In this document: positions 57,724 to 64,000 of the stretch, piece by piece
Numbering within the stretch: position 1 is the first letter of the stretch
Layout of the letters: every line of letters starts with the position of its first letter
From: an uncultured virus (IMG/VR IMGVR_UViG_3300021399_000148)
Lineage: Duplodnaviria > Heunggongvirae > Uroviricota > Caudoviricetes
Length of the DNA: 64,000 nucleotides
IMG/VR virus record: IMGVR_UViG_3300021399_000148
Reading direction: 5' to 3' (one strand)
Program-made: the position numbers and the translations under genes
Notes under the pieces: model-generated
Told to the model about the DNA's origin: nothing
Database searches by the model: none
What the model saw: the letters and a program-made list of their open reading frames with translations, nothing else

Positions 57724-58109
57724 GCCCCAGAAATTTGACAAAAAATTTCAAATTTTAAATAAACTTTCCTGAAAATTTGACTTTTAATTTCAAACTGTGA
57801 TATAATATAAAAAAACAATTAAATTTTTGCAGCTGCAAAACTTGATTTTTAAAGTCAAATTTTAGCCGCGCAGATAATCCAAAAGAAGCTGCAATTTGAG
57901 AACTTCTGAAAATTCTAGTATACTATATATAGAAAGTGAGAGAGGGAGCTGCAAAAAATCCTCTCTTGTGCGGGAAGAGGGAAAAGAAAATTTGAAAACC
58001 TCAGAAAATCCTGCTATAATAATTATAGAAAGTGAGAGAAGAAAGTAACTCTTCTCAAAAGAAATGTGACTGGCGCCCACTGCCCTAGTGTGGGAGAAAG
58101 AAGGATTCT

Positions 58110-58466
58110 ATGATGACCAAGATTGATGCTTACAAGGCTGTTGTTGCTGGTGAAGTGACCGAGGAAGTTAAGGAGAAGTTCGCAGAGATGATTGCGGCTT
58201 ACGAAACTGAGGCTGGAAAGCGTAGAGAGCGCGCAGCCGAGAAGAGAGCCGAGAAGAGAGCTGTTGATGCGGGCCTGGAAGCTGCAATTCTGGAGGCTCT
58301 GGGAGAGGAGCCGATGTCTGCCTCTCAGATTATGGAGGCTGTAGAGGGCATCGCAACGCCGCAGAAGGCTACCGTGCTGGTCAAGAGACTGGTTGAGGAC
58401 GGAAAGGCTGAGCAGGTCGACATGAAGATCGAGAAGAGAAAGGTCAAGGGCTACGTTGTAGCTTGA
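58110..58466 (+). CDS. Winged-helix family protein, paralog 4
   Basis: PMSASQIMEAV...PQKATVLVKRLVEDGK. Confidence 0.75.
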   Translation: MMTKIDAYKAVVAGEVTEEVKEKFAEMIAAYETEAGKRRERAAEKRAEKRAVDAGLEAAILEALGEEPMSASQIMEAVEGIATPQKATVLVKRLVEDGKAEQVDMKIEKRKVKGYVVA

Positions 58467-58483
58467 TCTCATCAACTAGACGG

Positions 58484-58512
58484 AAAAAAGAGCCGAAAGG
58501 CTCTTTTTTCTT
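58484..58512. terminator. Intrinsic terminator
   Basis: AAAAAAGAGCC-GAAA-GGCTCTTTTTT. Confidence 0.85.
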
Positions 58513-59550
58513 TTGTATACGTATACGTATACGTATATATGTACGTATAATATGTATGTTTTGTATGCGGAAATTTGACTTTTAAAGTCATTTTTTAAAA
58601 AAATTTTTTTAAAAATTTGATTGGGTTCGTTGGTTGTGGCACCCACCTACTACCACTTATTATAACCTACTACCACTCATTGTAACCTACTTCCTTTTAT
58701 TCAAACCTATTCAAACCTATTCCGAACCCTATATATATACATATAGAAACTGTCGCTTTATCCACGATAGGGAGGGTCTCTTGGTACTTGAAAGGTACGC
58801 GGACCTTGCACATACACGTTCGGAACCTCAAATTTCACAATTTTAGTATACGTATTACGTATACGTTGGGTAGTTGTTGGGGTAGGCGAAGTAAAGAGTT
58901 AAATGGGGTGGGGCGGTTTAAGAACTTATACGTATACGTATTATGTATACGTAGAATGAGTAGGTGGAGCTGGTGAGGGGCGGCGGAGTTAAGAAAGACA
59001 GAACTATATATATGTACATATTATATGTACGTATTATATGTACATACTATATATATGTATATATGTAGTGGCGGTATACTATATATGTAGTAGTTAATTG
59101 TAGTGGCTGTTCTGTATACGTTTTGTGTGGCTTTTCAGCCGTTGGCTAAAAGCCCACACAAAGTTTTTTTGGCCTTCGGCCTAGAGCAAAAAAAAATTTT
59201 TTTTAAAAAAAATTTTTATTTATAGTACGTATATATGTACATACTATATGTATATATTATATGTACATATTATATATATTTCTCTTACGTTTTTATAATA
59301 AGTAGTTTTTAGTAAAAGTCTCTACTAACTTTTTCAGACGCAGATTTCAAAAAAATTTTTCTATTGTAGAGGGCGGCCGAGCGTAAGTTGCAGTGGTCCT
59401 GCAAAATTTTTGGAAAATTTTTAGCCTGAAAAATCTTGGAAAATTTTCAACCCATAAAGAATCTTGGAAAATTTCTCGGCCTGTGAAATCCTAGAAAATT
59501 TTCAACTGCGCGCAGTACCCGAAAAGAAAAATCTTGGAAAATTTCCCAAT
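58513..59550. repeat. Repeat/palindrome-rich non-coding region (candidate origin or genome end)
   Basis: GTATAC/TATATGTAC runs, A/T tracts, CTACTACCAC repeats, TTGGAAAATT repeats. Confidence 0.6.
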
Positions 59551-59594
59551 AAAAAAGACTCAGGTTTCTACCTAAGTCTTTCGTTTTCCCTAAT

Positions 59595-60089
59595 CTATTT
59601 GCTCAATCTATCTGCAATTGATGAAGCTGCATATGAGTTTGGTTTTACCTCACAACTATATCCCATTCCATTCACCCATCCAACAAGAGACTTAATTAGG
59701 TTTCTTGTCTTTCCGTTCTCTGCGTTGCCCGCATCGATATGAATTGAGATAGGACAGTTCTTGTAAATTTTTTGGAATTTTTTTTGTTGAAGAATTTCTA
59801 TGAGCTGGTGCGCGACGGTAAGACTCCTATTAGTCTCCTCCTCTAACTTCTTTCTCACATCAAAAATTGACCCTATATATTCCACATGATGAAAGAAGAT
59901 GCCGCCGCGCCCTCTACAAATTATCGAAATCACAGAAACAATTTTAGTATACCCAGTTCTATTCTGAGAATCTGTTCCTATCGTAATCTCCATTGGCTCG
60001 CCGCAATCTACATTCCTATTATAGAAGGCCAGCAACTTCTCTGGAATCTCTTCTATTGTCAATACTCCATAAGATTGTGATCTCCACAT
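59595..60089 (-). CDS. RNase H-like YkuK-family protein
   Basis: IGTDSQ, GGIFF, IHIDAG, KPNSYAASSIAD. Confidence 0.8.
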   Translation of the reverse strand: MWRSQSYGVLTIEEIPEKLLAFYNRNVDCGEPMEITIGTDSQNRTGYTKIVSVISIICRGRGGIFFHHVEYIGSIFDVRKKLEEETNRSLTVAHQLIEILQQKKFQKIYKNCPISIHIDAGNAENGKTRNLIKSLVGWVNGMGYSCEVKPNSYAASSIADRLSK

Positions 60090-60093
60090 TGGT

Positions 60094-60291
60094 CTAATCT
60101 TCCTCTACTTCCACAGTCCATCCTTCAAAAATTAACACAAGGCGGCCAAGCAACCAAGCGATGAAACAGAGAGCCATGCAAATCCAAAACTCTCCTTCTT
60201 TCATTCCTCCAAAAAAATTACTAAAACCAATTCCAACCAGCAAAACAATAACCCATACAGCTACAAGAATTGCTTCTGCTTTATCTCTCAT
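60094..60291 (-). CDS. Small membrane protein
   Basis: Two TM helices; SD GGAGG. Confidence 0.55.
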   Translation of the reverse strand: MRDKAEAILVAVWVIVLLVGIGFSNFFGGMKEGEFWICMALCFIAWLLGRLVLIFEGWTVEVEED

Positions 60292-60454
60292 TTGACTCTT
60301 CCTCCAACCCACAAATTTCATCTGCAATAAAGTCTAACATCACCTGTAAGTCCTCTACGAACTGCGGGTAAATGCAGATGCTGCCACTCGGCGTTTTGAA
60401 ATTCTTGGAAAATCTTTTATAAGATTCCATTAATCTTTTAATTCTAATCATCAT
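60281..60454 (-). CDS. Hypothetical protein
   Basis: SD AGGAG; coupled to neighbours. Confidence 0.45.
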   Translation of the reverse strand: MMIRIKRLMESYKRFSKNFKTPSGSICIYPQFVEDLQVMLDFIADEICGLEEESNER

Positions 60455-60788
60455 AACTCCTATAACTAATTTCACAGTTTGGGTCTTCACTGCATGCATT
60501 CGCGCGCGAGGTCATCTCCTCATCCGTTATAGCCTGCGCGAACCACATTTTCATACACTCTTTATACATTTCATCTTTATCTTCGCTATAAGCTGCACAA
60601 TCTTCACACTTCTTAAACTGCCCATCATTAGGACAAAAAGGAAAAGAAGAAGTCGTTGAATAAGTTGGAAGCCACTGATTGCTCCTAACTGTAGTCCATA
60701 TAACCTTAACCTTTTCCCCACTGGGAAGGGTCTGAATCATTTCAACAATATCCTGGAGTTTAATAAAGGATTTAGTTACTTTGTTCAT
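60444..60788 (-). CDS. Cys-rich hypothetical protein
   Basis: SD GAGGA; CP...CxxC. Confidence 0.6.
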   Translation of the reverse strand: MNKVTKSFIKLQDIVEMIQTLPSGEKVKVIWTTVRSNQWLPTYSTTSSFPFCPNDGQFKKCEDCAAYSEDKDEMYKECMKMWFAQAITDEEMTSRANACSEDPNCEISYRSYDD

Positions 60789-60800
60789 TTGATTTTCCTC

Positions 60801-60938
60801 CTAAAGAATCTCGATTGAAAGAACCTCATATACATAAGTTACAACTGCTTCATAGAGTTCATCCTCAGAGTTATACTGTGTAGAGTCAACTTCGAACTCG
60901 ACAAAATCATCATCAATCCATACTCTTACCGTGCGCAC
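60801..60938 (-). CDS. 45-aa acidic protein
   Basis: GTG start after GAGGAG; fills operon gap. Confidence 0.45.
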   Translation of the reverse strand: MRTVRVWIDDDFVEFEVDSTQYNSEDELYEAVVTYVYEVLSIEIL

Positions 60939-60941
60939 TGT

Positions 60942-61139
60942 CTATTCTCCTCTCTCCCACCGAGCATAAAATTCTTTATGTTCTTTATCTGCATTCGGAC
61001 TATAAGGACTAATAGCTGTACTGATAGAATAACCACATTTACAACATCTTATTATATATGGAATTGAGGTATCTCCGCACATGGCCTCTGACCTCTCATA
61101 TGCTTCACCGCCACATCTAGGACAAGGTTTAATCTCCAT
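60942..61139 (-). CDS. Lar-like (restriction alleviation) Zn-ribbon protein
   Basis: IKPCPRCGGEA...IRCCKCG...W. Confidence 0.55.
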   Translation of the reverse strand: MEIKPCPRCGGEAYERSEAMCGDTSIPYIIRCCKCGYSISTAISPYSPNADKEHKEFYARWERGE

Positions 61140-61506
61140 TACTTTCCTCCTCTTTTACCATATATGATCCGCAATAGTGACAATAGTTCATTTGATATGC
61201 CCTTTTATCATCTACGCGATAATCTTCATCTACATGTGTTTCTACTCCACAGTTGGAGCAAATCCAATCTTCTCCGTAAGTGTCAATCCAATGCGCTCTC
61301 CTTGGTCCTAAGGCTTTCTTAACTAAATCTCTATTTTCCTCACTAATGTACGGGCAGACCAAACACCACACAATTTCTCTACTATCGAAATCACACAAGC
61401 GATCTGCCATTGGACAATATAACTTCATTGGTTCTCTCCTAATAACATCACTATAAGTTGGCTGTACATCTAAGGCATCTTTATTTATCCACTCCGCCTT
61501 AATCAT
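61129..61506 (-). CDS. Zn-ribbon hypothetical protein
   Basis: HWI...CSNCG...NYCHYCGSYM. Confidence 0.65.
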   Translation of the reverse strand: MIKAEWINKDALDVQPTYSDVIRREPMKLYCPMADRLCDFDSREIVWCLVCPYISEENRDLVKKALGPRRAHWIDTYGEDWICSNCGVETHVDEDYRVDDKRAYQMNYCHYCGSYMVKEEESNGD

Positions 61507-61901
61507 TCTATATACCTCCTATCAGGTGCTTCGTGATTTCATAAGTAACTATACCAATAATCACATACACCCCTATCGGCATTCCATTACAGATATATTC
61601 AATCATCTTGTTCACCTCTCATGTAGAGTGATACATAAACAAAAGTCCAAACAGTGCTATCCACCAATGGTCGAATTGCCAAGCAAGAAAGATAAAGCCA
61701 GCAACTGCGATAGCACTTACAACAAATGCCATTTTCATTCTTCTATATCTCTCAACATTTTTTCTACAAGTATTGCTGGAATTTTTATCATTGCTTGCTC
61801 AAGTCCTTCTACCGTAATTCTGGCAAAGTAATAAGCAACTTTATAGCTCATGTCATACTCATCCATGATTACTTCCGCTACCTTTTCAACATTTTCTTTT
61901 T

Positions 61902-62183
61902 TCATTCTATTTCAACCCCCATTTTTGCTCCACAGTTAAAACAAAATCTGTAACATATTACGGTCTTTGCTCTGCAATTCGAACACTCCATCCAACCCAT
62001 AAATGCCATTTCTTCATTTTCCTCTACAGTAAAATTTCTCCAATAGGCCCTCTTTGGCTCTGCGGCCTTGTGTAATGCTTCACAAATAGGCTCATTAACA
62101 CTTGTACAAAATCCACCAATCGGGTCACAGTTACCAAGAGATGTTCGCATCTGACATTTCGGATATTTTTTAATGTTGCTCAT
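61902..62183 (-). CDS. Zn-ribbon hypothetical protein
   Basis: YW...CSNC...FCFNCGAKM. Confidence 0.65.
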   Translation of the reverse strand: MSNIKKYPKCQMRTSLGNCDPIGGFCTSVNEPICEALHKAAEPKRAYWRNFTVEENEEMAFMGWMECSNCRAKTVICYRFCFNCGAKMGVEIE

Positions 62184-62361
62184 TCTTCTTTATCTTCTCC
62201 TCTACCTTAGGACACTGCCAGTAATTACAAAAACTATCCGTTAACCTACATCTTCCTAAAGTAAAACCAATATAATACTTTTTGCAAAACAATGCTCTGA
62301 AAAAATGTCTGATAGTTTTTCCTATATGTATAATTTTCTTTCCCCATTCATATATCATACC
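62170..62361 (-). CDS. Hypothetical protein
   Basis: SD GAGGT; coupled to neighbours. Confidence 0.45.
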   Translation of the reverse strand, partial: GMIYEWGKKIIHIGKTIRHFFRALFCKKYYIGFTLGRCRLTDSFCNYWQCPKVEEKIKKNEQH

Positions 62362-62693
62362 TCGCCCTCCGTTAGACACGATTTGAGTATGGGCATCCAT
62401 TTGAGAATTGGGATGCCTGGGAAATACATGCTATCTGTGCTCTCCCATTTCCCATTGCTATACCATGCTGTAAATATATCAGCCCCGTCATCAACCAGTA
62501 CGATTTCTTCCTCATCGGGCAACCACTCAGAACATAGTATCCATGGGTTTACGGTCGGTTGTTCATCGATGTCCTCGCAGAGGCCTTCAATAACCTCTTC
62601 CACCCATTTTTCATTATCTCTAAACAAGTGTCTCACGCTTTCCCAACTACTTCGAATAGAGTATTTAAATGCGTCTGCATCTATCAATCTCAT
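62355..62693 (-). CDS. DUF551-like phage protein
   Basis: MRLIDADA...PTV..WILCSEWLP...WMP. Confidence 0.65.
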   Translation of the reverse strand: MRLIDADAFKYSIRSSWESVRHLFRDNEKWVEEVIEGLCEDIDEQPTVNPWILCSEWLPDEEEIVLVDDGADIFTAWYSNGKWESTDSMYFPGIPILKWMPILKSCLTEGEV

Positions 62694-62859
62694 GCCTCAC
62701 CATCCTCTCTACCAATCTCAAACATTTGTGTTTTCTTAAACGTTACTTGATTTAAAGTAATTTCGTAATGCCAATCTGGATTATCTGCCATAAACTTTTC
62801 CATCAGTTCTTTTTCTTTCGGGAATATGAACGTCACCATTGTTTTTTCTATTATGAACA

Positions 62860-63033
62860 TCACTCACCATCCTCTTTCCACTCACCATAACTCTCATGGT
62901 CTTCCTTAAGCCAAATTATCAAACCACCTCGACTAATTGAGTAGCGATATTGCAAGCGGTATAACCAATCGGTATAAAGCCAACTAGCGAACTCTTCTTC
63001 CGATAGAGTCCTCAGCCATTCAAGATTTGTCAT
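62860..63033 (-). CDS. Hypothetical protein (MTNLEWLR type)
   Basis: SD GGGAGGG. Confidence 0.55.
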   Translation of the reverse strand: MTNLEWLRTLSEEEFASWLYTDWLYRLQYRYSISRGGLIIWLKEDHESYGEWKEDGE

Positions 63034-63085
63034 TGCTCTTTCCCTCCCCACATAACTGCTCCGCAGTACCACAAAATTCGTTTTC

Positions 63086-63484
63086 TCATAATCCTAACTC
63101 CTCCGCTTTCATCTTTGCATATGCATCCTGTGCCATCTTAATAGCATGGTCTTTATCTTTCGCGAAAAATACACCTGACATGTTTGCAAGAGAAAACGCC
63201 CTCAGTCTCATTCTTTCAAGTTCTCCATGTCCTATGTAGTCGGTTTTACTTGCGCTCCACACTCCATCTATAAGGAAAACCTCAAACATATCGTTATCGA
63301 AAGTTGCCTTTGGTTCGTCAACTTCCACTTCATAAATTGAATATGCATCAATATACATGTATTCCTGACGCATATACTCCTTGATTACCGACTCAATGTA
63401 CGCAACTGCTTTTTCCCTTGATGTGAATGCTCCAACTATTCTTCTATCTGAGTATTCACCACATTCTACAACATATATCTTCAT
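63086..63484 (-). CDS. Hypothetical protein (MKIYVV..GEYSD type)
   Basis: SD AAGGAG; coupled to upstream gene. Confidence 0.6.
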   Translation of the reverse strand: MKIYVVECGEYSDRRIVGAFTSREKAVAYIESVIKEYMRQEYMYIDAYSIYEVEVDEPKATFDNDMFEVFLIDGVWSASKTDYIGHGELERMRLRAFSLANMSGVFFAKDKDHAIKMAQDAYAKMKAEELGL

Positions 63485-63771
63485 TCCGAATCTTCTCCTT
63501 CCATCAGCGCGCCGCAGTTTTCGCAAAAGTTAGGATAAACTCCTTGTGTTGACATCATGCTTCGTTCGTGACCACACTTGTTACATCTCACTTTCCATGT
63601 ATATGTCTCACTATCAATATCAATCCAATGCCCTTTGCGGTCTGTGGATGGCAAGTGTTTAAGAATAATCGTGAACAATCTGACCCATTCTTTATTTGTT
63701 CTGTTCGATTCATACTCACCAAACGGCTGTATCTCTTCAATCGCGGCCTGTCGACTTATATTATCATTCAT
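63481..63771 (-). CDS. Zn-ribbon hypothetical protein
   Basis: ISRQAAI...GHWI...CNKCG...NFCENCGALM. Confidence 0.6.
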   Translation of the reverse strand: MNDNISRQAAIEEIQPFGEYESNRTNKEWVRLFTIILKHLPSTDRKGHWIDIDSETYTWKVRCNKCGHERSMMSTQGVYPNFCENCGALMEGEDSE

Positions 63772-64000
63772 TATTTTGCTCCCTCTTTTGGTATTCATTC
63801 CCACATTTCCATCCCACACTAAATGCCGCGTCCCACTTATCATCATAATAAAAATTCAACACTATTAATCCCGCAAGTCCAAGGCCAAATATCAAGCCTA
63901 TAAATAGAGACAATAAATCAATCGTTATTTGCATTCTTTTTCCCTTCCATCTTTGCTCCGCAATACCAACAATATGGCACTTCCAACACCTCTGCTTGAA

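Larger units (their letters stand above)
48403..58020 (+). promoter_or_regulatory. Series of more than 20 near-consensus early promoters
   Basis: -35 hexamers with 17-bp spacer to TATAAT/TATACT-like -10 at 48403, 48963, 49280, 49803, 50343, 50834, 51270, 51434, 52027, 52240, 52394, 53087, 53371, 53593, 54237, 54376, 54934, 55415, 56221, 56440, 56843, 57450, 57896, 57992 (57777 has 18 bp). Confidence 0.9.

Noticed and set aside
57478..57772. ORFs on both strands over the operator/GAGCTGC region
   Set aside because: Repeat-derived sequences, no SD, atypical composition
50412..58466. wHTH paralogs as Z-alpha (Z-DNA-binding) domains
   Set aside because: They lack the conserved Asn/Tyr/Trp Z-DNA contact residues
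58634..59742. ORFs 58634, 58788 and 59464
   Set aside because: Low-complexity repeat region without SD; 59464 overlaps the YkuK-like gene antisense
1..64000. Integrase, DGR/retron RT, transposase
   Set aside because: No matching motifs in any ORF; lifestyle cannot be decided from this window

Overview
The window is part of a large, AT-rich tailed phage genome. Its gene order is SPbeta/c-st-like, and its sigmaA-type promoters, strong SD sites and Gram-positive operators point to a Firmicutes, probably clostridial, host. 0.1-21.2 kb (+) holds replication and nucleotide metabolism genes: SSB-like, AAA ATPase, DnaB-like helicase, primase, RecJ, C5-MTase-like, DnaE, NrdD-FNT channel-NrdG, holin-like, ThyX-like, dUTPase and RuvC-like. 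21.2-46.0 kb (-) is the morphogenesis operon, running from an HTH regulator, terminase subunits, portal, protease/scaffold and capsid through two tail-tube paralogs to a 3.5k-aa tape measure. 46-59.5 kb is an early/host-takeover-like island bounded by repeat-rich non-coding DNA. It has more than 20 near-consensus promoters, small genes (four wHTH paralogs, two acidic paralogs), a tRNA-like RNA with a 16-nt anticodon loop and several pseudoknot/ncRNA candidates. Its most striking feature is modular intergenic cassettes built from boxes resembling operators of many different host regulators (LexA, CodY, Rex, HisR, ArgR, GntR-like, DtxR-like, Spo0A), joined by CCGG-containing GC islets. 59.6-64 kb (-) carries small accessory genes, many with Zn ribbons. 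I saw no integrase, CRISPR array or rRNA. All protein and motif assignments come from recalled family signatures, not database searches.
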